A program made the translations under genes and the position numbers. A stretch of DNA of 61,478 nucleotides, counting the filler, from Sphacelaria rigidula (lineage: Eukaryota), in the NCBI GenBank assembly GCA_964200075.2. It is 7 parts of 7 records of this genome, joined end to end, with 100 filler letters (N's around TTAATTAATTAA, not from the genome) between each part and the next. Parts side by side here need not be neighbours in the genome. Positions count along the whole stretch, not along the records: positions 43,987 to 52,682 come from CAXNAA020010348.1; positions 52,783 to 61,478 come from CAXNAA020010349.1; 5 more parts are not named here. One strand, 5' to 3'. The notes under the pieces are model-generated. The model made no database searches. It saw only the letters and a list, made by a program, of their open reading frames with translations, and was not told the DNA's origin. Shown one piece after another: positions 50,672 through 61,478 of the stretch. Every line of letters begins with the position of its first letter. The stretch's first letter is position 1.

Positions 50672-51117
50672 CTTCAAGATCGAGCCAAACATGGAACAAG
50701 ATGAGGAGAGTGCGCGGTCGATCATATGCTTGACTTGCTTTCGGTGAAAATTGCCAAGTCAAGTATGAAATGGCGATGCTGCCCGCATCCTCCACTACCT
50801 CGCATTACATCCAACATACGAAAATTTCCGTCTGCGCAGTAGGGCTTCGGTCTCCTTCCGCGATCCCCGTTGCAAAGTTTCAAAGGAAGCAACACAATGG
50901 TGCGTGTGTGTGTCGACGCCACGTGCAACCGACTCACAAGCGAAAAAGTCATGCACGATCAGTGTACGAAAGCAAGATGTGATGATGACACGCCCGCAGG
51001 GGGATTCAATACATGAAAACGACCAATCGTGCACTCGTATGACACTTGTAACAGTTCCTTGCCGATAAAGGATGATAGTACTACAGCACAGTACAACAGC
51101 AAGGAAGCGAGTATCAC

Positions 51118-51323
51118 TTGATCTGGATGGCTCTCCGCCTGTCTGTCTCAGTCAAAGCTCGCTTCATAGATGGCGTGATGCGATCCGCGTATAGGACCGC
51201 CCGCCCGGCCTGGTGCCTTGTGGCCCTTCCGATAGTCTGGAGCAGAGCGGTGTCTGAACGGAGAAACCCCTCGGCATCGGCATCGAGGATGCAAACCAAG
51301 GACACCTCTGGAAGATTCAGTCC
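51118..51323 (-). CDS. uvrB: UvrB exon (helicase motifs V-VI)
   Basis: [36 protein letters not shown]. Confidence 0.93.
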
Positions 51324-51520
51324 CTGTCGTGGCGCAATATGCAAAGGTGCAGATATGGTCGGAGACAGTTTGTAGTAGATCATACCGGAGCAAATATGTG
51401 TAAACACTCTGTGGACCTACTCAACAGATGACCGCCAACTTCTACACACCATCACGCCCCTTGAGCTGCTCCAGACGCTACGTCCACTACTGTACTACAC
51501 CGGACACTGTCGCCGCTTGC

Positions 51521-51666
51521 CTCTCGGAGCAGGTTCACACCGACTACCACGTCCACCTCGCCACACCGTAGCTGACGCAGCAACTCCAACCGCCGCATAG
51601 GCTTAACGTCCGAATGCAGGTACGCCGTCTGCACGCCTTGTTCCACTAGGAAGGCACAAAGGTCCT
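51521..51666 (-). CDS. uvrB: UvrB exon, GC donor
   Basis: EDLCAFL...YLHSDV...VVGVNLLRE; followed by GCAAG. Confidence 0.9.
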
Positions 51667-52184
51667 CTGACACAACAAGCGAAGGCAAATAACGACGCCG
51701 ATATTAAAGCAGCAGGGTTCGGCGCCACATGCCATAAGGGATAGTACAAGCAGGCACGTAACATATCGCGCGAAAGATTGAATTCAGTGTCGATCCACCT
51801 TACGTATGTAGGGTTTACAATGTACCGGATGTTATCCATGTCATTCCTTATGATTTCGCCAGTAAAACACAGCAATATCACGGAACCTACTCACTCTCCT
51901 CGTCGGACAATTAGGGAAAACCGTCAACATCAAACTGCGTCGACGGGTATGCTGGGAGCTTCAACCCGAAATATGCCGCACGAATGTGGGATCATCGCAT
52001 TTCCTCGTACCATAAACGGATCTCTACAGGCTCTGAGCCTAAATACTCAAAGGCTTTCGGAAAATCATCCACAGAGTGGAGAGATTGAGGATGACGGAAG
52101 CTTCAGAGGCATGCCCGTATCTCAATCTGGGTGCACAGATCCACCGATCACAGAGGATCACATCCAAGATCTCCTCTGAATCAC

Positions 52185-52503
52185 CTGCCATTCGCTTTGT
52201 GAGGGCTGTCACTAATACCCTCTCGCCGCGCCCTCTCCTTGTCCGGCACTCCTGCACCAAATCGGCCACCTGCCCCTCCGAAGGGCGAATATCAACAGGC
52301 GGGTCCGGTATTCCCGTTGGTCGAATGACCGCCTGGGCGTCGACAAGGTTCCCGATCTCGTCCCACCCTAACCCACCCCCACCGCCAGCAGGCTTTCCCG
52401 ACTTCCCGCTGCTAATGTCAGGATTCGAGAGCTCTAGCTCGAACTTGCCCGGTGTAGCGCTGAGGAAGATGGTCTTGTTCACCTTGGACCAGAATTCCGC
52501 TCC
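52185..52503 (-). CDS. uvrB: UvrB exon (motifs III-IV)
   Basis: IFLSATPG, VIRPTGIPDP, RVLVTALTKRMA. Confidence 0.92.
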
Positions 52504-53914
52504 CTGAAATTCAGGCAATTGGTCACCACGAAATGGAGCACATACGTCAAGGGGTACATCAACAACGCTGTCACTGCCGTGGCTGGTTATAAGCTCATAC
52601 TTCACTGCCGGTCGCCCCGGTGGATCAGTTGGTAACCTCGTGACCTTCTGACGGTTGAGTAGGGGGGTTCGATTGCCTGAATNNNNNNNNNNNNNNNNNN
52701 NNNNNNNNNNNNNNNNNNNNNNNNNNTTAATTAATTAANNNNNNNNNNNNNNNNNNNNNNNNNNNNNNNNNNNNNNNNNNNNGACCGCTTTTCACTCTCA
52801 ATCGTATCATCTACTCTCAATCTCACGAAAACACTGTTATACATCCATGTAAAAGAGACGGGCGCACGGTAGCGACAGCCTGTAGCCAAACTAGCAACAT
52901 TACCTCACGCCTCGCCAAATTTGCCCTGACTAGTGGTGAGTAGTCGAGGCAGACAACACGGAACATGATCCCATGAATGTTATCAAGGTGGGTGATGAGC
53001 TTGGAAGGGCGGTGTGTCCGTCATCTCAGCGGTCTCCATGCCAAGGATCCCAGTACACGGCAGCTGACCGCACACGCCCACGCCTTGGCAATAAACTAGA
53101 GGACGGCAGGCTGGGTGCCACCCCCCCCCCCGTCAAAAACTCGAATTTTGAATTTTCGGTCTTGGGGCCCACGTGTCTCGAACTCTTTTTTTGACAGACC
53201 TTTGTCTGATCCTGAGACATTTGCACTCTGAAATGACAAAAAGCGTTTTCCGAAACCCTCAATGATGGGGAAATTAGCCCTTTTGATGCCGTAAAGAGCG
53301 GTCCTTTATAGCTTCGCACTGTCTGTATTTGGGTACAATCTCTCACTGTTGTTGCTGCACGGTGCGGCCATCACTCCATGAAAAAGCCGGCGGAGGACAG
53401 ACTCGGTGACTGAACAGAAACAAAGCAACGACTTGATTTTGGGGGGGGGTGCTTTCCTTGTTGCCTGGAATATCCTGCACGGTGTGGTGGTCACAACTTG
53501 TACATCAAAGCAGATTTTGACGGGTGTGAATTAAAGATGCGAAGGCATTCTACCACTACTCTCATGACCACGACTCCCGTTACCATCATAGTGACGTCGT
53601 ATCTACAGCAAGCGCTCGACGGATGCCCGGAAAAACGAGCATAATCCCTCTCTGCATATTGGTGTGGTACCTACCATCATGCACCCTCCCCGTCTATCTC
53701 TACTGCGGAGGCACGCGACCGGTGCTGGTTTCAGGAGAAGCCGGTCAAGCAATTCACCAGGCGTAACCGTCTGGTAGCCTTAACCCGCGATCGGGACGTA
53801 TTGGAAACCACGACACCAATTGTTCCACTCATGTACACCCTATACAAATGCAACCCAAACCCCACTACTATGCCTCCACTGTACCGCAGTGCATTGTTTT
53901 ACCATCGTACGTAC

Positions 53915-54076
53915 CTCCTCCAGCTCCGCGGGTGTAACGGTCGGAAGCGTTTCGGGCACATACAAACCCCTGTCGTTCGCCAGCCCACCCAATACGACAG
54001 CTTCGAAGCTCACATCCGTGGCCCCTCCCCGTGTACTGCGGTATCTGGTCGTATTACTGCTGCTAGGAGATGCCAT
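53915..54076 (-). CDS. thrC: Threonine synthase, first exon
   Basis: YRSTRG...VVLGGLANDRGLYVPETLP N-terminal signature; GTACG donor. Confidence 0.88.
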
Positions 54077-54590
54077 CGTGGCCTACTCTTGGATTTATCG
54101 GCGAGTGCCTGCTGGTAGAGCTAGCTATGTTCAGTTGGGGAGCAGTGAAGTGTACACACCTCGGCGGAGCTCGATCCCTCGATGACGGTGGCTTTTAGTA
54201 ACGGTGTATAACACCCCTCTGGTGAAAATGATACGTATACGGTAAACATGCGCACGATCCATATTCTAAAAATTATGATAATCGCACCACCGAAGGTCGA
54301 TTCGACGATAAAAATGTTACCATCTCGTTTCAGATAAAGTAATAAAACCTATTGTCAGTCTGACATGGTAGGCGGCACTTATCTCTCGACAATTTGAAGC
54401 CTCAAGATGGAAAATTGTCAAAGTGAGGAGCGTCTTATACTCCGTCATTAGCTATGAGTCATTTCGGAACACAAATTACGAGGACACATGTTTTGTTCAG
54501 CCTCGCACTATCTGTACTGTATAGTGCTTCCTTCACCCACGCTGCACCTGGCCAGGCAACGCTTTCGCGACACGCGAGTCGGAGGCCAAC
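54077..54590. promoter_or_regulatory. Putative bidirectional promoter and 5' UTRs
   Basis: 514 bp between divergent ATGs; AT-richer core; none of the window's repeat families recognised. Confidence 0.55.
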
Positions 54591-54874
54591 ATGAGATTCC
54601 CAGCGACTTTAGCAGGCAGTGCCTGTCTGGCTGCCTGCACTTCTAACACAGCTATGGCTTTCGTGGTTACAAGGGCCTCGATCAGACAACATCAACATGT
54701 AGCTGTGGGCGGTGGACTTGCGTCGTCCAAGGCATCCCTGGGTGTACGTAGGACGGGGCGGAAGTCGACGTCGGCGAGGAGAGGCGGGCCATCCATGATG
54801 TTCGATTCTCTTTCCGAGAGCTTCACGGCCATCACCGATCTGCTGAAAGGACAGACGACCATCACCGAATCCAG
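54591..54874 (+). CDS. ffh: Plastid SRP54/Ffh first exon with bipartite targeting peptide
   Basis: Hydrophobic signal ending AMA-F, Ser/Arg-rich transit peptide, then MFDSLSESFTAITDLLKGQTTITES resembling the Ffh N-domain start; AG|GT donor. Confidence 0.75.
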
Positions 54875-57800
54875 GTCCGCACCTAGTGTGTTTCACTCGC
54901 TGCTGGTTACATTGACGGTTCGGTTACAGTCTGTGGTACTGCCCATACGCCGCTTGCTCAGTCAGAGGTCGTGCAATCTAACACGACCCCTGTCGTCGAT
55001 GACAACACAGCTATACCTGGTATCGTACGAAGGTAGATAAGTATGCGGTAGAGTTGCTAGGCAAAGCCCTACACCGTTTAATATTCAGCGACAGTACCAC
55101 AGGATAGCACAAAACTTACTGTTGTTGCTGTACCGCAAGTACTACATCTAGAACGGGTGGTAGGCTGACGCAGTATAACACCCTGTAAGCTAGAGATGAA
55201 AACCGGTGAGAGCAGCGACAACTGAAAATTGCGTGTCATACTGCTCAGCAACCAAGCTGTTGCTTTTATATTTTTAAACTTTGGTGAGATTCGTGCAATG
55301 GATGTGATCTATTCGGGCGTGCAGCGCATCGATGCGCGTTCGTTCGACGAAGTAGTCAACACGCGCTAAACTCATCACTTGAGGATGTTACATGTTACGT
55401 GTAATACACCCCCTATCGCCTGCTCTACGGCGCCGACAGACGGCACTATCTCGATACCGTACTGTCGTCCTACCTCACGCACTCCACTGAACGGAATGTG
55501 CGAACGTGCGAAGAGGTGGCACCTGATGAGAGTTTATTTTACTCGATTAACAACTCGTTGATGAATATTTCGTTACACGAAGGTTTTCACCACTGGCAAC
55601 ATTCTCCAAAATGACCTTACAGCACAGTACAGTACGGTACCACGACGTCTTCGCTCGAAGGGTAACCGCATACGAAAATTAAGGTCCAAATGAAGCGATG
55701 CGTGGTCACAGGATCAGAACGGGTTTCGCAATACGATGGGAAGTTCCGGGCGTGTCACAACCACATCGCGTTTTTTTTCGGGTCCACCATAATACCGTCG
55801 TACTGGACTCTACACCAAGGCGATGGAATAGAGAGATGCGGAAAATATTCTTTGCATTTTTTAGTCAGAGTAGAAGGAAAAATAGCCGGTAACGGTGCAC
55901 GTCTCTGTATGAAACGCTTTTCAGGCCGCTCCTTAGGCCACTTCTTATGTATAAAAAAAACTCTATCAGGAAACGCGTTTTCTGATAAATGACCAAAAAC
56001 CACTTATTGTGTGACCAGAAAACGCTTTTTCTGATGGAAAATCTTCTCTAACATTTACCGATAGCCCAAAGTTATCAGAAAATCAGAGCTTTCCGATAAC
56101 CTCAGGCTATCAAAAAATGTTATCGAAAAAGCGTTTGAACCTCGTTTGAACACACATTACAGCTGTGATGGCTTGGCTGCCACCACTGCTACTGCTATCG
56201 TTGGTGCTCGCGGGCATTCAGCGTGTTGCATCATTATCCTTCGCTCGCCAGTAGCGTGGTGGCCCCTTACCCCATGAGAACAGTAGAGTGCAGGGTCGAT
56301 GGCGACTGCTGTACAAACACGACAGTCTATGCTATATGTCGTCCGTACAAAATTGTAGCTCAGTTCAGGTCTGTGAACGCAGCGTGTTGTCAACAACAGC
56401 CGTCCCAATGCTTTACAGACTGCCTACGCACCTAAGCCTTGTAGAGACAGGACCGGACTGACAGTACACACGAGACTATGAGATGTGTAGTGCTACTACT
56501 GTAGTAGATCCAACGCATACAGCACAACAGTAGTGTCTGTACTGTACGCAGTGAAGCGAACTTGCAGCTCAGTTGAGGTCTGTGCATGCAGCTTGTTGCG
56601 AACAGACGTCGCTTTGCAGTACAGACTGCCTACACACCCAAGCCTTGTTGATACAGGACCGTACTGACAGTACACACAAGACTGTGAACACTGCTGCTGT
56701 TGTAGTACTACAGCCGATGCATGTGATGCAGCACTGTTGTGTGTACTGTTGTCCGTGCTGTCGTTTCAGTCAAGCACTAGCGTTCAGTGAAAAAGCACAA
56801 CCGCCACTTCTACAGTCAGTTGGTACAGCAAGGCGGTGTTCTTTTTTATGGTCTTGCGTCACGCAGCCCACCATGTATTGCTCAGGCAGTGTATCACAGT
56901 AGTACAGCCAGTCAGTACGGACCGTACACCAAGACAGGACAGCAGAGTGCTGCATCTCTCTCGCGCGCCCCATAATTTGAAATTATGCCTGCACACCTCA
57001 TAGAAAACGACGAGCACTGCGTTTTCAATGTTGATAGTGGGTCGATCACGTAAGAAGGGCTAGAGTGAAGAATTCTGTTGGAAAACGTGTTGTTGAAAAA
57101 GGGCTTTTCTGACAACGTGTTTTTTTTAACATGAGAAGTAGCCTCACTGTAAACAAGAGAAAAGTACTGTAAAATGCTGTTTTGGTTCTTCATCGATTTA
57201 CGCCCCAAAAGAGAGCTGGGTAGAGTTTGACATCTTGGAATGACTTACTCTACTCGCTGAGGCGGTTCTAGGAGATCTTCGTGTTTCCGGGTGACCACAG
57301 TTTTAATGTTTGGCAGACAAACATTTTTATTCAGAGGCGGTCAGGTCCAGAGAAAAACGACATTTTGTCTTCTGGACTTGGCCGTTCTTGGACAAGAATG
57401 CTTGTTTGGTAATACTGCGGCCACCGGACAACGCGAAGATGTCCGGGAACCGTCTCAACGAGTAAAGCAAGTCGTTCGAAGGTGTCAAACTCCGTCTAGC
57501 TTTCTTTTAGGGCGTGAAACGACGAAGAAGGACCAAAAACTCATTCTTCACATTTTTTTCTTGTTTCGTTTTCTATAAGGAGCGGCCTCAGAGCGAATTT
57601 TTCAGAGTGAGAGGTCATTTTGGACCTCTTCACTCTGAAAACCGATGCGCCTGTTAAAACTTCATGGCGAAACGAAAAGTAATCACCTCCACCTTCACCA
57701 CCGTGGTCACAGCCTGCCCAAAATCAATATACCCCGACAAGCAAAGTGGGACATCCATCACAACTGTCATGCTCATCACAATGGGCCGTTGACGAAGTAG

Positions 57801-59744
57801 CAACGCATGGCGTCGCAATCAGAGGACCTCCCTGACACCGCCATGGTATCAGCATTCGCTTGGTTGTGTCGCGTGATATTTTAATACTCGGCGAGTACAC
57901 GACGTTGCCTTGGGTGCAGTCCCTCACTCTTGCCAGCCTCAGCTGAAAGAAGACGGTGTGAACGATTCGTTGTCTAAAGCGCACAAGCAGTACTGGACCT
58001 GGCTACATTGCCATTCCGCTAGAGGTCATGACGCCTTGCACCACCGTTATGGGTGGCATGGTGAAAAATCATTACAACGCGACTTTTTTGTCTGAAAGGC
58101 TGCGTACTGTACTACCGCCGGTGTACAGCTGACCGTCTGTACGGTGTCGCTGTAGCTCACCGTACCGCAATGTACTGTTGTAGGGTTCTGCATTGCACTC
58201 TCTGTACTCCACTGTCCGTACTCTACACTGCACAGCACTACATTGCTCTGAAGTACACCGTAGCGCATTGTAGTACTGCAGGTGCGGTGGAGCGTAGTGT
58301 ACGGTACATACGGTGCCGCAGGGTACGGCAAAACACAGACTCACCACTGTTATTGTACCGTCAGTGCTATGCTGACCTATGCATTTGTGAACCGGACGCT
58401 GGTCGATCGTAAATTTTGCGGCACAACGTGCCGATCACTACGACAATATAAATCTACGTCAAGACACGTCACACCAGCTTCCACTATGAACTTTTTAGCG
58501 TCTGCTCTAAAGTCTCGAAGCTTCCACTCTGAACTTTGACTCCATGATGAGATTTCCTCCCTCCCGAAACTCTCTAATATCCCACCCGTGGCGATTGGTT
58601 TCAATTTTCGCAGCCTCGATTTTTTCTCGGAAGAGCAAGACGAGTCATGCCTTCACATTTTAAACCTCCACAAGTTCGAGTAAAGGGTATATCACTTTTT
58701 TTTCTTAAATCCTCAGGCTGCTCCTCATAGAAAACAAAAATAAAGTCCTGTAAAATGTCTTTTTGGTCCTTCTTCGTCGTTTTACGCCCTAAAAGAGAGC
58801 TAGGTGGAGTTCGACACCTTGAAATGACTTGCTCTACTCGTTGAGGAGGTTCGCGGACATGTTCGCGTCGTCCGGTGGCCGCAGTTTTTGTTTCGGCCAG
58901 AGTTGAATTTCCAAGAACGGTCAATAACGATCAAATCCAGAATAACATGTTTTTTTTTTTTTTTCTCTGGACTTGACCGTCTCTGAACAAAACTGCTTGT
59001 TTGGCCAAAATGAAAACTGCGGTCACTGGAAAACGCGAACATATCCTGGGACCGCCTAAACGAGTAGAGCATGTCATTCCGAAGTATCAAACTCCGCCTA
59101 GCTCTCTTTTGGGGCGTAAAACGACGGAGAAGGACCAAAAAAGCGTTTTTTGAGGATTTTTTTTTGTCTGCTATAAGGAGCGGCCTTAACTCGCTCAGGT
59201 ACATATATCCATGTTTCGAAACGGCATTATGTCCGCTTGAGGAAAAATGCCAGAGGCTGACATAGATGCGTGTCAGCCACTGGGTGCCTCAAGGGTAAAC
59301 TCACTCTCACCGTTGCAGTGCCCGACGATCAACTGCCCTTTCATTTTTGCTCCGCTTCAGCTGGATGTTCTAAATACTGATCCTATTTTTGTTGAAGAGG
59401 CAACGACCACATGAAATACAACGGTTGCCTCGCACAATTTTGGCAAGCCGGAACCAGTGCGTGTGTTGTGTTGTGTTGTCATGCCATCTTACTCCTGGAT
59501 GCCGGTCTACACCTTTCCGTACATGTGGACGTATCGGCCGGGGTAACACAGAAGGGTGGTCAACACCGGATTTCCCCCATTTTTATGCAGTTCTAGCACT
59601 CCACCTTCCTTCTGCGGTGCTTGCCTTATTTTTGTAGTGTGAGAAGGGTCTAGCGGTCCCCGTTCCCTTGTCGATCGTGAAGTCGACAGTGTTGTACCCA
59701 CGACACAGTCGCTCTCCACCGTTGGACGCGGTGTGAGAGAAGAT

Positions 59745-59888
59745 CACACCCTGGACAAAATATTATATTGTCATAAAATGTACTGCGTAAAGTACGGGAT
59801 CTATTGTCGGTTGCAATAGGCGCAATAGTCCATACTGTATGCGGTACAATTTTTGACGGTGTATTATATTGTCATCATTCAAGGTGTG
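59745..59888. mobile_element. hAT-type MITE nested in a SINE
   Basis: Perfect 8-bp TSD GAGAAGAT at 59737-59744 and 59889-59896; termini CACACC...GGTGTG. Confidence 0.85.
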
Positions 59889-60835
59889 GAGAAGATCCCA
59901 GATCCTGTAACTTCACCAAGAGTCGAACCCACGTCCCAACCGTCAAAAGCTTACGAGGATACCAACTGAATCACCGGGGAGACCGGCTCAGGCATTGCTA
60001 TTACTCACAACTTCAAACCACGCCCCGGTGGTCTGTCTAATGGTTTAATGATCCATTTGACACCGTTAGGGTGGAAAGAACTAGGGTTTGATCCCCACCA
60101 GATGCATCGAGTTTGAGATTTTTTCTTCCGAGTATCTGGTTTCTACCGTTGAAAGCGTGGGGGCGTTAACTGCAAAAAGTGTCTGTTCGACTGAGTTTGT
60201 TCGACGAGAGTGGACGCGGTGCGGAAGTGCTGGTCATGATTCAATCAATCCGCGAGACCAAAACCCAAGGCGTGTGCCGTGGGAAAGATGGGTTGATCCC
60301 TTAAGACCACGGACTCGCCCCCTAGGAAGGGGAAGTGTTCAAAGTGCGACAAACGAATATATTAGTGATGGTAGCCGTGACTGGATCAACAGCAGGACAT
60401 GTCTGGGGGCAACACGCACAACTATTTGTCTGGCGCTGAAACGTCGAAGAGCATACTCGTCGCGTATTTGTTGCGGACTTCACGTGCTGCAGGCGGTGTG
60501 TGGCTGCACTTGATGGGCTGGTGTTTTGATGCTAGGGCCATAGTATTGCGTAATGATACCCCTACCCCCAACAGCCAAACAGCCATTTCGGCAAGCAGGA
60601 TGAACACACGTTGATAATCACACACACACATACACACACACAAGCAAAACGCAAAGAGCTGTAGATTGAGCTTTTCCTCCCCAGATGCGCCTGCTTTCAT
60701 CGGCCGCTGTTTTCTCGACAGTCTTCGGCAAACTTGGACTATCAAAGGACCCGACCCGTCCTGTCATGTTGAGTTGCAAATCCTATTGGCCACACACGTG
60801 GCCATTTGTCTACACCCCAAAACGCCTCCGGACGG

Positions 60836-61070
60836 ATGCGCGGCCCTCCAGGGGGGAAACAAGCCTCTGGAGGCCTCCAATCCCCCTGGAGAAAACCAAA
60901 CTCTACCGACTCGGAGGGCCGAGCACCCCTCCGGAGTAATTTGGGGGTATGCGCGGCCCTCCAGAGGCGAAAATAAGCCTCCGGAGGCGTTTAATCCCTC
61001 TGGAGGAGCCCAAAAACTATCCTCCGGAGGGCCGCGCAGCCCCCTGGAGACGTTCAATTGCTCTGGAGGC
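60836..61070. repeat. ~113-bp tandem repeat rich in CCTCC(A/G)GAGG palindromes
   Basis: ATGCGCGGCCCTCCAG at ~60837 and ~60949. Confidence 0.7.
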
Positions 61071-61478
61071 TCGAAAAGTGTACCCACGTGGAGGAATTTG
61101 GGAGGTAGCCAAATGGCCGCGTGTGCAAACCTATCACGGGAAATAAAATCTGACGATCGCCCAGTCGAATAGCGGCCATCTAAGCCGACGCTATTGTCAT
61201 TCTCCAAGAATCGGCGGGACTGTCAGATTATGCAGTCGGCCGAGTGTGTGTGTTGTGTTGTCGTCTCATTTATTCTGGGCAACAGGTTACCCCTTTCGGG
61301 ATATGTGGGCGCATCAGCCGGGGTGACACAGGAGGAAGGTCAACACAAGAGCTTTTATATTTTTTGTTTTTGTTTTTAGTACCCCACCGTCCTTCTGCGG
61401 TCCTTGCCTTTTTATTTTTTATCGCGAGAGGGGTCTAGCAGTCCCTTTCCCTCGTCGACCGTTAAGTCGAATTTTGTG

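Noticed and set aside
49910..54874. Apparent bacterial-like cluster uvrB-thrC-ffh (contaminant or HGT island)
   Set aside because: All three have spliceosomal introns, and an artificial spacer separates uvrB from thrC.
56150..58380. Cys-rich ORFs
   Set aside because: By-product of CAGTA/TACTG low-complexity intronic sequence with local duplications.

Overview
Eukaryotic nuclear DNA, most likely a brown alga or related photosynthetic stramenopile (inferred from a bipartite signal + 'AF' plastid-targeting leader, many short exons in long TE-filled introns, and roughly balanced GC). The window is not a contiguous locus. It is seven size-sorted scaffolds of 8698, 8697, 8697, 8697, 8697, 8696 and 8696 bp, joined by identical 100-bp N44-TTAATTAATTAA-N44 spacers, so neighbourhood arguments hold only within a piece. 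Piece 1 is a frameshifted Ty3/Gypsy chromovirus whose integrase has an extra domain after the chromodomain. Piece 2 has an RTE-like LINE relic, a PIG-L exon and a divergent first exon with an 'NYAKWD' motif. Pieces 3-4 are mostly MITEs, foldbacks, tandem elements and one long miRNA-like hairpin. Piece 5 holds the last six exons of an ABCB transporter. Piece 6 holds the last six exons of an intron-containing bacterial-type UvrB, including a GC-AG intron. Piece 7 holds the divergent first exons of threonine synthase and plastid SRP54. Dispersed non-autonomous elements include Stowaway-like, hAT-like, piggyBac-like and Harbinger-like MITEs, tRNA-derived SINEs and a G-tract-flanked short repeat. 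I found no clear multi-gene novel system. The best leads are the spliced UvrB, the extended integrase tail and the G:U-biased hairpin.
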